Below, piece by piece: positions 1-8,902 of a stretch of DNA of 64,000 nt. This DNA is from Alphaproteobacteria bacterium (lineage in GTDB: Bacteria > Pseudomonadota > Alphaproteobacteria > Paracaedibacterales > CAITNM01). The position numbers were made by a program, and so were the translations under genes. How positions within the stretch are numbered: the first letter of the stretch is position 1; every line of letters starts with the position of its first letter. The notes beneath the pieces are model-generated. The model was not told the origin of the DNA. It ran no database searches and saw only the letters and a program-made list of their open reading frames with translations. The stretch spans positions 1,926 through 65,925 of the forward strand of contig CANJXJ010000002.1 in NCBI GenBank assembly GCA_947478955.1, read 5' to 3'.

Positions 1-390
1 CGCGTTATTGATGTGCGGATTATTCGGGCAGAGTTACCAACTGAAAACCGTAATGCAGTATTTGCGAGAATGAATTCTGAACTTGTACGATTCGCTAAAG
101 AAAGCCGTGCAAAGGGAGAAGAGATAGCCATTGGAATTCGCGCCAAGGCCGATAAGGAAAAAACCATTATTTTGGCAGAGGCTAATAAAAAGTCAGAAGA
201 AGTTCGAGGCGGCGGTGACGCTAAAGCCATAGAAATTGCAGCAGAAGCATTCGGAGCTGATCCAGAATTTTATGAATTCTATCGTACTCTTGAATCATAC
301 CGCCAAAGTATAAAGCCCGGATCATCATTTTTACTTTCAACAAATAATGGGTATACTAAACACTTAACGGATTATTTACCAAATAAGTGA
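1..390 (+). CDS. hflC: HflC (SPFH/band-7 protease modulator), C-terminal fragment; 5' end lies outside the window
   Basis: The reading frame is open from base 1. The translation RVIDVRIIRAELPTENRNAVFARMN...GADPEFYEFYRTLESYRQSI matches the C-terminal half of HflC. An htrA-type protease follows, which is a common hflKC-degP arrangement. Confidence 0.8.
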   Translation, partial: RVIDVRIIRAELPTENRNAVFARMNSELVRFAKESRAKGEEIAIGIRAKADKEKTIILAEANKKSEEVRGGGDAKAIEIAAEAFGADPEFYEFYRTLESYRQSIKPGSSFLLSTNNGYTKHLTDYLPNK

Positions 391-437
391 ATAATTTTAT
401 TAAAATGATAACAAATTTTTAAAGAGCGAGAGGTTCT

Positions 438-2402
438 ATGCGCTTAGCTGTTTTATGCTTGTGTTTTTTCAGTGTGGCTTTGGTGGCAGAAAAGCCAGCC
501 GTACCTGCTACTATTTCTGAAAAAGCAGCATCCCAAAGTACTTTTGATGCCAGTAAAGGTTTTTCAAGTGTGGTGGATAAGCTTTTACCAGCTGTGGTTA
601 GTGTTCAGGCAACACAAGTTGTTGAACAACGGGCAACTGAAGGAGGAGCTATGGCAATGCCTGGTCTTCCTCCTATGGGGCGTATGGGGCCTGGTAATCC
701 TTTGGAAGAACTCTTCCGTGAATTTATGGGACAACAGGAACGTCCACGCAAAATGCAGGCAGTTGGTGCCGGTTTCATTGTCTATTGCGATGGTAAGGTG
801 GCATATGTGGTTAGTAACCATCACGTGGTTTTTGAAGCGAAAACTCTAACGGTTGTATTAGAAGACAAAACGGAAATTCCAGGAACATTATTAGCATCTG
901 ATGAGCGTAACGACGTTGCCGTAATTAAGCTTGATTTGAGCCATCTTCCAGCTGATAAGCGTAACCTTCCGACTGTTGATTGGGCTGATTCTGATAAAGT
1001 CAAAACGGGTGATTGGGTTATTGCGATTGGTAATCCGTTTAATTTTGGTGGAACGGTTACTGTTGGCGTAGTGTCTCACAAAGGACGCTATGTGCCATCA
1101 GGTATGCAGCAAGACTTTGAGTTTATTCAACATAGCGCGCAAATTAACGTGGGTAGCTCGGGTGGAGCGCTGTTTGATATAAACGGAAAAGTAATTGGTA
1201 TTAACAATGCTATTATCACTAACACAGGTGGAAATATTGGTATTGGGTTTGCTATTCCTTCCAATATTGCGCGTCAAACAGTTGATCAACTTGTTAAATA
1301 TGGTAAAACACGTCGCGGTCATTTAGGAATTCGTATTCAAGGATTAAATGAAGATATGGCCGAAAGCCAAGGTCTAAAAGATACGGGCGTTATTGTAGGA
1401 AGTGTTATTGAAGGCGGTCCTTCGGTAGGAAAACTTGAAATTGGCGATATTATTCTTGAATTTGAAGGTAAAAAAGTTACCGAATCTTACGTTCTTTCCA
1501 GAATGGTTGGGGAAACTGAGATTGGTAAATCTATAATGTTGAAAGTTTGGCGTAAAGGTAAGGCCGTTGAAGTCAAAATTAAAGTTGAAGAAATGCCTGA
1601 GACCAAAAAGAATGAGGGCAAAGCAAAAATTGCATCTGAAAGTATTTCAGAATCTGTAAATATTGCTGGTCTTGAAATCAGTAAAATTCCAGAAGACCTT
1701 AAGGAAGCTTTAAAGGAAACAAATAAAGAGATTCGTGGTGTTATGATTGTGAAGGTTGATCCAAACAGTACGGCTGGGGATCAAGGCTTGTTAAGGAAGG
1801 GTGATATTATTGAAGAGGCAAATCATAAGGCTCTTGAATCACCGGTTGATTTTGAATCAATTATTAAGCAGGCAAAAAAAGACAAGCGTAAGAATATTTT
1901 GTTACTTATTTCTCGTGATGGTAAACCATCCTACTTACCATTACGCATTGATGGTGATGAAATAGTTTCAAAACCTGTGGATAAATCAGCAGAAAAAAAG
2001 CCTGAAGAATCCAAAATAGAAGCTTCAAAGAGCGAAGAACAAAAATCAGAAAAGCCTGAAGCAACAAAGCTTGAAGCAGCAAAGCCTGAGGCGGGTAACC
2101 CAGAAGCTCAAAAAAATGAGGCCCCAAAACTTGCACAAAAGGCAGATCAAGTAGAGCGTGAGCAGCCAAAAACTTATCAGGTACCAGAAAATCTTGGGCA
2201 CCGGGAATTTGAAGAGCCAAAGCAAGATGAGGTTCACGATGTACAAGATGCTGATCATCATGCGGACAAGAAGCATGAAAAAGAAGAGGATTCAAGTGCT
2301 CCTCTTGCCACAGATAACAAAAATGCGCTAGAAATAAAAGATAATGATTCATGGACTTCACGTGTAGTGAATAAGTTAAGGTCAATATTTGGAAGAGGTT
2401 GA
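438..2402 (+). CDS. degP: DegP/HtrA-family periplasmic serine protease with two PDZ-like regions and a 148-aa low-complexity C-terminal tail
   Basis: It has a signal peptide (MRLAVLCLCFFSVALVA). The trypsin-fold motifs are HHVV, DVAVIKL and the catalytic GSSGGALF. PDZ-like segments include GVIVGSVIEGGPS and GVMIVKVDPNSTAG. Confidence 0.9.
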   Translation: MRLAVLCLCFFSVALVAEKPAVPATISEKAASQSTFDASKGFSSVVDKLLPAVVSVQATQVVEQRATEGGAMAMPGLPPMGRMGPGNPLEELFREFMGQQERPRKMQAVGAGFIVYCDGKVAYVVSNHHVVFEAKTLTVVLEDKTEIPGTLLASDERNDVAVIKLDLSHLPADKRNLPTVDWADSDKVKTGDWVIAIGNPFNFGGTVTVGVVSHKGRYVPSGMQQDFEFIQHSAQINVGSSGGALFDINGKVIGINNAIITNTGGNIGIGFAIPSNIARQTVDQLVKYGKTRRGHLGIRIQGLNEDMAESQGLKDTGVIVGSVIEGGPSVGKLEIGDIILEFEGKKVTESYVLSRMVGETEIGKSIMLKVWRKGKAVEVKIKVEEMPETKKNEGKAKIASESISESVNIAGLEISKIPEDLKEALKETNKEIRGVMIVKVDPNSTAGDQGLLRKGDIIEEANHKALESPVDFESIIKQAKKDKRKNILLLISRDGKPSYLPLRIDGDEIVSKPVDKSAEKKPEESKIEASKSEEQKSEKPEATKLEAAKPEAGNPEAQKNEAPKLAQKADQVEREQPKTYQVPENLGHREFEEPKQDEVHDVQDADHHADKKHEKEEDSSAPLATDNKNALEIKDNDSWTSRVVNKLRSIFGRG

Positions 2403-2959
2403 TGTTTATTCAAACAGAAGAAACTCCAAATCCTCAGACTTTAAAGTTTATACCAGAAAAATTGGTATTACCTGAGGATTTAGGAATAAGATCCCTTGAA
2501 TTTAAAAGGAACCAGGACGCATCGGCATCACCGCTTGCTAAAAGGTTGCTTTTTGTCGAAGGAATCGAAGGCGTATTCTTTAGTGCTGAGTATGTATCAA
2601 TCACAAAGCATGAATCTTTTGATTGGTATGTTTTGAAGCCAGTAATTCTCGGCCTTTTAATGGAACATTTCATTAACGGCCTTCCAATTTATACAGGAAA
2701 TACTGTCGAGGTTGTGGAAGAATCCGACCCGATTATTAAACAGATTCGAGAAATTATTGACACTCGCGTGCGTCCCTCAGTGGCGATGGATGGCGGGGAT
2801 ATAACTTTTGAATCTTTTAAAGATGGCATTGTTTATCTAAAACTCCAAGGGGCATGCAGTGGTTGCCCAAGTTCAACAGCAACATTAAAATCAGGCATTG
2901 AAAATATGCTAAAATATTATGTTCCCGAAGTTCAAGAGGTGTGCAGTTATGCAGAATAG
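2402..2959 (+). CDS. NifU/Nfu-family Fe-S cluster scaffold protein (Nfu_N domain plus NifU C-terminal domain)
   Basis: The N-terminus MFIQTEETPNPQTLKF is typical of Nfu_N, and the C-terminal CSGCPSS is a CxxC motif. The ATG overlaps the degP stop codon (TGATG). Confidence 0.85.
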   Translation: MFIQTEETPNPQTLKFIPEKLVLPEDLGIRSLEFKRNQDASASPLAKRLLFVEGIEGVFFSAEYVSITKHESFDWYVLKPVILGLLMEHFINGLPIYTGNTVEVVEESDPIIKQIREIIDTRVRPSVAMDGGDITFESFKDGIVYLKLQGACSGCPSSTATLKSGIENMLKYYVPEVQEVCSYAE

Positions 2960-3569
2960 TTTTACGAGATTTTTTCTTCCCTTACTTGTTACTTTAGGCC
3001 ACTTGCAACCAGCAAGCGCAATGATTGCTCCAAGACTTAATAAGGCGCCTAAGCGGTCAACATTTTCCAAAAAAGATTGCAAGGCATTAATCAAACAACT
3101 TGAACAAGAACATGGTATCCCTGAAGGATTACTAGCTGCTATTGGTGCTGTGGAGTCTGAGCATACGCCCTATGCGGTGAATTGCAATGGAAAAGCGCGG
3201 ATGTTTACAAGTCATGATGCAGCAAAGGCATACGTGCGTGATCTTCGTAATCAGGGAATTATTGATATTAATATTGGCGTATTACAGATTAATTATGCAT
3301 ATCACCAAAAACGTTTTAAAGCGGAAGATCTTTTGAACCCTTATAATAATGTGCCTTACGCGGCTAAGTACTTGGCTTCTTTGCGTCGCCTTCATGGGTC
3401 ATGGACAAAGGCTGTAAAGTTCTATCATTCCCCGGTTGCGAAGTATCAAAATATGTACTTTGCAAAAGTTATGGGAAATTTGAAACGAACCAATGTGGAA
3501 AGCTATCAAATGGTTTCCGGGGTAAAAGCGTCGACACCAGCCAGCGGTATTACTAAAGTAGCAGCTTAA
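2949..3569 (+). CDS. Lytic transglycosylase (SLT domain), exported
   Basis: The catalytic region reads LLAAIGAVESEHTPYAV...GVLQINYAYH. There is a leader (FFLPLLVTLGHLQPASA). I chose the ATG at 2949 because the track start at 2919 overlaps the upstream gene. Confidence 0.8.
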   Translation: MQNSFTRFFLPLLVTLGHLQPASAMIAPRLNKAPKRSTFSKKDCKALIKQLEQEHGIPEGLLAAIGAVESEHTPYAVNCNGKARMFTSHDAAKAYVRDLRNQGIIDINIGVLQINYAYHQKRFKAEDLLNPYNNVPYAAKYLASLRRLHGSWTKAVKFYHSPVAKYQNMYFAKVMGNLKRTNVESYQMVSGVKASTPASGITKVAA

Positions 3570-3593
3570 TAATTAGATATATAAAAATTCTAG

Positions 3594-4460
3594 GTGAATA
3601 ATTTCAATAATCAAATAGCTAAATTTCTTTGGGGAACAACCCTAGCAGAGGCCCAGCAGGTGCTTATTGCACAAGCTGCAAAACAGGCTCAACAAACCAG
3701 AGGTAGGGCCCCGTGTCTTGCAGTTATACTGGTAGGTCAACACCCATCAAGTATTGTGTATGTAAGCGCCAAACAAAAAGCGTGTGAAAAAGTTGGTATT
3801 GAATCTCGGGTTTTGCGTCTTCCAGATACGATTACTCAACCCAAGCTTCTCGAGCATCTTCTTGAATTAAATAGTGATTCATCGGTTGATGGCATTCTTA
3901 TTCAATTGCCATTACCCAAGGGGTTGGATGCAAATGCTTTGTTAGATGCTTTAAATCCTGCTAAAGATGTCGATGGTCTCACCCCCTATAACCTTGGATT
4001 ATTATTCAGTCGGCGCCCAGCATTTATTCCTTGCACACCACTGGGCTGTATGGACCTTATTACACAGGTAATAAATCCCATGGGCAAAAGGGCAGTGGTG
4101 TTGGGGCGTTCTCTTTTAGTGGGAAGGACTATGGCTCTTTTGTTAGAACAAGCTAATGCTACGGTTACGATGATTCATTCTTATTCTACAAATGTAAAAG
4201 CTATCAGTTGTGAGGCTGATATTGTTGTTGCAGCTATTGGGCAACCTGGCCTTATTACGGCTGATTATATAAAACCAGGCGCGGTGGTTATTGATGTGGG
4301 GATTACCCGCCATGAAGATAAGCTTGTAGGCGATGTTCATGAATCCGTAAAAGGTGTGGCGGGCTGGTTAACCCCGGTTCCAGGGGGTGTGGGGCCGATG
4401 ACGATTACTAAGTTATTAAGTAATACGGTTTTGGCTGCGCAGTTGGGGAATGGTGAATAG
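3594..4460 (+). CDS. folD: Bifunctional methylenetetrahydrofolate dehydrogenase/cyclohydrolase
   Basis: Recognisable motifs are LAVILVGQHPSSIVYV, DGILIQLPLP, VVLGRSLLVGRTMA and PVPGGVGPMT. The start codon is GTG. Confidence 0.93.
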   Translation: MNNFNNQIAKFLWGTTLAEAQQVLIAQAAKQAQQTRGRAPCLAVILVGQHPSSIVYVSAKQKACEKVGIESRVLRLPDTITQPKLLEHLLELNSDSSVDGILIQLPLPKGLDANALLDALNPAKDVDGLTPYNLGLLFSRRPAFIPCTPLGCMDLITQVINPMGKRAVVLGRSLLVGRTMALLLEQANATVTMIHSYSTNVKAISCEADIVVAAIGQPGLITADYIKPGAVVIDVGITRHEDKLVGDVHESVKGVAGWLTPVPGGVGPMTITKLLSNTVLAAQLGNGE

Positions 4461-4465
4461 TTTCC

Positions 4466-5206
4466 ATGCAGACTAAAGCAATCAAAACTCACAAGGTAAG
4501 CGTTGGTGAATCTATAGAAGAGATCCTTGATCAACATCTTACTAGCCTTGAATCGGGTGATGTTATTGCTATTACCTCCAAAATCATTAGTCTTTGCCAG
4601 GGGCGGGTGGTGCAAAAGTCATCTATTTCCAAACAGGACCTTATAAAGCAAGAAGCTGATTCTGTTTTGTATACAGAGTCCAATCCCTATGATCTTTACC
4701 TAACTATTAAGGATAATATCCTTATTCCTTCTGCTGGTATTGATGAATCAAATAGTAATGGTGTTTATATTTTATATCCCCAAAACATACAGACTGTTGC
4801 ATATACCGTTTGGCAGTATTTGCGAGCAAAATTTTCTATTGAAAACCTAGGGGTTATAATTATTGATAGCCATACGACGCCGATGCGCCGGGGAGTGACT
4901 GGCATTACCCTTGGGTGGTGTGGATTTGAGCCGCTTTATTCTTATGTTAACAAGCCGGATATTTATGGGAACCTTATGCGTGTTACTCAAATTAATATTC
5001 TTGATGCTTTGGCAACTACTGCCGTTTTTGTGATGGGCGAGGGGAGTGAGCAAACGCCCATGGCTGTTATCAACAATGCGCCTAAAATATCTTTTGTGGC
5101 GCGTCCACCAAGTGTGCAGGAAGAAAGAAATGTAGCAATTTCGATAGCAGAAGATTTGTACGCCCCGTTATTAATGGGGGCTAAGTGGTTGGGTAAAACT
5201 GCTTAA
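4466..5206 (+). CDS. CofE-family gamma-glutamyl ligase homologue (F420-0:gamma-glutamyl ligase fold), possibly acting in folate metabolism
   Basis: CofE-like motifs are GDVIAITSKIISLCQGRVV, PSAGIDESNSNG and IIIDSHTTPMRRGVTGITLGWCGF. The gene starts 5 nt after folD on the same strand. Confidence 0.7.
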   Translation: MQTKAIKTHKVSVGESIEEILDQHLTSLESGDVIAITSKIISLCQGRVVQKSSISKQDLIKQEADSVLYTESNPYDLYLTIKDNILIPSAGIDESNSNGVYILYPQNIQTVAYTVWQYLRAKFSIENLGVIIIDSHTTPMRRGVTGITLGWCGFEPLYSYVNKPDIYGNLMRVTQINILDALATTAVFVMGEGSEQTPMAVINNAPKISFVARPPSVQEERNVAISIAEDLYAPLLMGAKWLGKTA

Positions 5207-5371
5207 ATATTTTAGTAATTGTCAGTGAGAAGATTATTTACACATATATTAAAATTTTATATTAAAAATTCCTTCAATCGTATAATATCGACTTATCCAT
5301 AATAAAACCTTGAATTCATTACTTGTTTTTTTCTATGATAGGAACATGGAATCGAGTAGGGATGAATTTAA

Positions 5372-6199
5372 ATGTCAGATAATCATAGTCCATATATTAT
5401 TGTTTTAGGTAATGAAAAAGGCGGAACAGGAAAATCTACTGCCGCTATGCATATTATTACATCGCTTTTACGTCAAGGGTATAAAGTTGGCAGTATTGAT
5501 GTGGATGCTCGCCAAGGAACTTTATCACGCTACGTAGAAAACCGTCGTTTGCGTTCTCAAGCGAATCCAGATGAGCATTTGCCATTGCCAGAACATTATC
5601 CGGTATTTCGCTCTGAAAAATCAGTTGTCGAAGAAGCGCAAGTGGAAGATGAAGAAAATTTGAAAGCGGCCTTGGAAAAATTAAAAGAGAATGACTATAT
5701 CGTTATTGATACCCCGGGAAGTGACATGTACTTATCACGCTTGGCTCATAGCTATGCTGATACATTGATTACGCCGTTGAATGATAGCTTTATTGATCTT
5801 GATATGTTGGCACGCTTGAATCCTGAAACCATGGAGATTGTACGCCCTAGTACATATTCAGAAATGGTGTGGGAACAAAAGAAGCAGCGTGCCATTCGGG
5901 GCGATCGCCGAGCGATTGACTGGATTGTGTTGCGTAATCGTTTAACTTCTGTGAATTCTCGCAATAAAGAAGAAATGCGCAAAGCGCTAGAAAGTCTTTC
6001 AAAGCGGATTGGGTTCCGCTTGGTTGCAGGGTTTGGTGAACGGGTGATTTTCCGTGAATTATTTTTAAATGGCATTACCTTGCTAGATTTACGTGAAACC
6101 AGAATTGCCATGAGCTTATCGCATATAGCGGCTCGCCAAGAATTAAATCAACTGCTAGAAATGATTCAAATACCGAAGCAAAAAAAGAAGGCTGCTTAA
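5372..6199 (+). CDS. mipZ: MipZ, a ParA-like ATPase that positions the division plane by inhibiting FtsZ
   Basis: It has a deviant Walker A motif (GNEKGGTGKST). DVDARQGTLSRYVENRR, IDTPGSD, PLNDSFIDLDML, WIVLRNRL and HIAARQEL follow the Caulobacter MipZ pattern along the whole length. Confidence 0.88.
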   Translation: MSDNHSPYIIVLGNEKGGTGKSTAAMHIITSLLRQGYKVGSIDVDARQGTLSRYVENRRLRSQANPDEHLPLPEHYPVFRSEKSVVEEAQVEDEENLKAALEKLKENDYIVIDTPGSDMYLSRLAHSYADTLITPLNDSFIDLDMLARLNPETMEIVRPSTYSEMVWEQKKQRAIRGDRRAIDWIVLRNRLTSVNSRNKEEMRKALESLSKRIGFRLVAGFGERVIFRELFLNGITLLDLRETRIAMSLSHIAARQELNQLLEMIQIPKQKKKAA

Positions 6200-7077
6200 T
6201 GATTAAAACCGCTGTTTTTCCCGTAGCAGGCCTTGGAAGTCGTTTTTTACCGGCTACAAAAGCTATTCCTAAGGAAATGTTGGTGGTTATAGATAAGCCA
6301 TTGATTCAGTATGCGGTTGAAGAAGCAAAAGCTGCAGGCATTGAGAAATTTATTTTTATAACGTCTCAAGGTAAAGAAGCAATTGAGGATCATTTCGATA
6401 GTCACAGTGGGCTTGAATCAATTTTAGAGGCGCGTGGAAAAGTTGAAGACTTAGAAAAAATTCGCTCTGTTCGTATTCCAGAAGGCCAAGCATTATTTAT
6501 ACGTCAACACGAACCACTGGGATTAGGGCATGCGGTATGGTGCGCACGTCATTATATTGGGGAAGATGCATTCGCTCTTTTATTAGCAGATGACCTTATT
6601 CAATCAACAACACCTTGTTTAAAACAAATGGTGAAGTCCTATTCTGAAGATGATGGCAACATGGTAGCAGTTATTGATGTGCCAAAAAATGAAGTAAGCC
6701 GTTATGGTGTATTGGATATCGCTTCCCAAAGTGGCTTAAAAGTACAAGCAAAGGCTGTAGTTGAAAAACCAGATGCGAAGAATGCCCCATCCTCTACAGC
6801 CATTATTGGCCGTTATATTTTGCGCACCTCAATTTTTGAACCATTAGGATTTAAAAAACAGGGCGCAGGCGGTGAAATTCAGCTAACTGACGGACTGCAA
6901 TCTATGTTAGGAGCAAATGTTTCATTAACAGGGTTTCGGTTTAATGGTGACCGCTATGATTGCGGTACCAAAATTGGTTGGCTCCAGGCGAATATGGCGT
7001 TGGCTGCTGCTGATCCAGAGTTGCGCCCCCATTTAGAATCAGTGTTAACAACTCTAAAAAGACCTTTGACGGCGTGA
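6199..7077 (+). CDS. galU: UTP--glucose-1-phosphate uridylyltransferase
   Basis: Motifs are AVFPVAGLGSRFLPATKAIPKEML, EPLGLGHAV and VEKP. The ATG overlaps the mipZ stop codon (TAATG). Confidence 0.92.
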   Translation: MIKTAVFPVAGLGSRFLPATKAIPKEMLVVIDKPLIQYAVEEAKAAGIEKFIFITSQGKEAIEDHFDSHSGLESILEARGKVEDLEKIRSVRIPEGQALFIRQHEPLGLGHAVWCARHYIGEDAFALLLADDLIQSTTPCLKQMVKSYSEDDGNMVAVIDVPKNEVSRYGVLDIASQSGLKVQAKAVVEKPDAKNAPSSTAIIGRYILRTSIFEPLGFKKQGAGGEIQLTDGLQSMLGANVSLTGFRFNGDRYDCGTKIGWLQANMALAAADPELRPHLESVLTTLKRPLTA

Positions 7078-8429
7078 CGCATACTCCTAACCCTGTTATT
7101 TTACGTGAATATGACATCAGGGGAACATATGGCGAAAACCTATGTGATGCTGACGCTACTTGGTTGGGTGAGAGGTTCGGGAGCCTTTTATATGAAAATG
7201 GAGGGCGTAAGGTTGTTGTCTGTCGTGATGGCCGAAAAAGCTCGCCAGCGCTTCATCAATTTTTATGCCAAGCTTTAATTAACTGTGGTCTCCAAGTTAT
7301 TGATATTGGCGTTGGCCCTACACCAATGAGCTATTTTGCTGGCTATGAATTGATAGCCGATGCAACATTGATGATTACTGGTTCCCATAACCCCAAAGAC
7401 GACAATGGCATTAAAATCACTATTGGCAATAGTCCTTTTTTTGGATCTCAAATCCAAGGGCTGCTGAATCAGGCTGTTGTGGAAAATCTGGGTGGTGGTC
7501 ACGAACACGTTGATATTATTTTTAAAAAATATATAAAAAGGTTGATGCAACGCCATACTTTCAAAAAATCCTTAAAAATTGCTTGGGATGCGGGTAATGG
7601 TGCGGCAGGACCTGTTGCAAAAGCACTTTCTTCAGCACTTCCTGACCATGAACATATTTTGTTATTTACAGTTATTGATTGTGATTTTCCTAACCATCAT
7701 CCTGATCCAAGTGTTCCCCAAAATATGACGCACCTTATTGAAGCTGTTAAAAAACATAACTGCGATATTGGCTTTGCGTTTGACGGGGACGGGGATCGTG
7801 TTGGGGTTGTTGATGCGTCTGGGCGTATACTTGCTGGTGATGAATTGGTTGCAATTTTAAGTGGGGCAATTTTGCTGGAATCGCCCGGTGGAACAATCAT
7901 TGCTGATGTTAAATGTAGTAATAATACTTTTAACGCAATTACTGCTGCAGGAGGAAAGCCCATTATGGGGCGTACGGGTCATTCGTGGATCAAACGAGCC
8001 ATGGCCGAACATCATGCAGTGTTTGCTGGCGAAATGAGTGGGCATATGTTTTTTAAACATAGTTACTACGGTTTTGATGATGGTTTATATGCTGCAATCT
8101 TTTTGATCGATTATATTCAAAAGTTAGAGGGTAATTTTTCTACTCTGGTTACTCAATTGCCAAAAATATATAGCACTCCTGAAATACGAATGCCTTGTGG
8201 AGAAGAGGAAAAAACTACAATCATTGATGATCTGAAGCAAAAGCTTGATGGGGCAGGGAAAACTTTTAATACTACCGATGGTGTGAGGGTTGAAGAACCT
8301 TATGGTTGGTGGCTGGTCCGTGCATCTAATACCCAAAGTGCTTTAATTATGAGAGCAGAAGGTAATACTGAAAAAGATTTAGAGTTTATCTTAAGTGAAA
8401 TGTATAATTTTGGTTTGAACATTTCCTAA
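7074..8429 (+). CDS. Phosphomannomutase/phosphoglucomutase (alpha-D-phosphohexomutase family)
   Basis: The active-site serine loop is TGSHNP, the metal loop is FDGDGDR, and GEMSGH is present. The GTG start overlaps the galU stop codon. Confidence 0.9.
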   Translation: MTHTPNPVILREYDIRGTYGENLCDADATWLGERFGSLLYENGGRKVVVCRDGRKSSPALHQFLCQALINCGLQVIDIGVGPTPMSYFAGYELIADATLMITGSHNPKDDNGIKITIGNSPFFGSQIQGLLNQAVVENLGGGHEHVDIIFKKYIKRLMQRHTFKKSLKIAWDAGNGAAGPVAKALSSALPDHEHILLFTVIDCDFPNHHPDPSVPQNMTHLIEAVKKHNCDIGFAFDGDGDRVGVVDASGRILAGDELVAILSGAILLESPGGTIIADVKCSNNTFNAITAAGGKPIMGRTGHSWIKRAMAEHHAVFAGEMSGHMFFKHSYYGFDDGLYAAIFLIDYIQKLEGNFSTLVTQLPKIYSTPEIRMPCGEEEKTTIIDDLKQKLDGAGKTFNTTDGVRVEEPYGWWLVRASNTQSALIMRAEGNTEKDLEFILSEMYNFGLNIS

Positions 8430-8493
8430 ATAAAAATATTTGTAATGTATTAGTTCTTAAAAAATTTATGGGGATTTAATGTATAATTTCATT

Positions 8494-8892
8494 TTATTGA
8501 GACGGAGAAGGGGTAAGCTCAGCCCAAAATTTTTCCATTGCTTCTAAATTTTTTATAATTTTTTCAAGTAAGGCCTTATTACGACTTATTACATATTGGT
8601 TAATTGTTTGATGAAGATGGTCAAAATGGCGCTGTAAACTTTTTAGTCCTTCTTTCGTGTCATCATTTTGAGGTTTGGTGAGGGACTGGTTAATGTACCC
8701 CTCCATGATATCAGAGAGTGCAATTGCTCTATAAATGCATTTTTCTCCAAGTTCTATACTTTCCGCAACCTTGTAGGTTCTAAATAAATGGTCGCTCTCT
8801 TGTAACTGTTGATTGATTTTTTTTAAAACAGCTGAAATTTGCTGGTTAACCGTTAAGCTTTGTGTGTGAGATTGCTTGTAGCGATTATACAT
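8494..8892 (-). CDS. fliS: Flagellar export chaperone FliS (probable)
   Basis: This is a 133-aa helical protein encoded immediately downstream of fliD. The C-terminal LEAMEKFWAEL resembles the FliS ...W motif. The internal ATG at 8892 avoids overlapping fliD. Confidence 0.6.
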   Translation of the reverse strand: MYNRYKQSHTQSLTVNQQISAVLKKINQQLQESDHLFRTYKVAESIELGEKCIYRAIALSDIMEGYINQSLTKPQNDDTKEGLKSLQRHFDHLHQTINQYVISRNKALLEKIIKNLEAMEKFWAELTPSPSQ

Positions 8893-8902
8893 AATGTATT
8901 TC

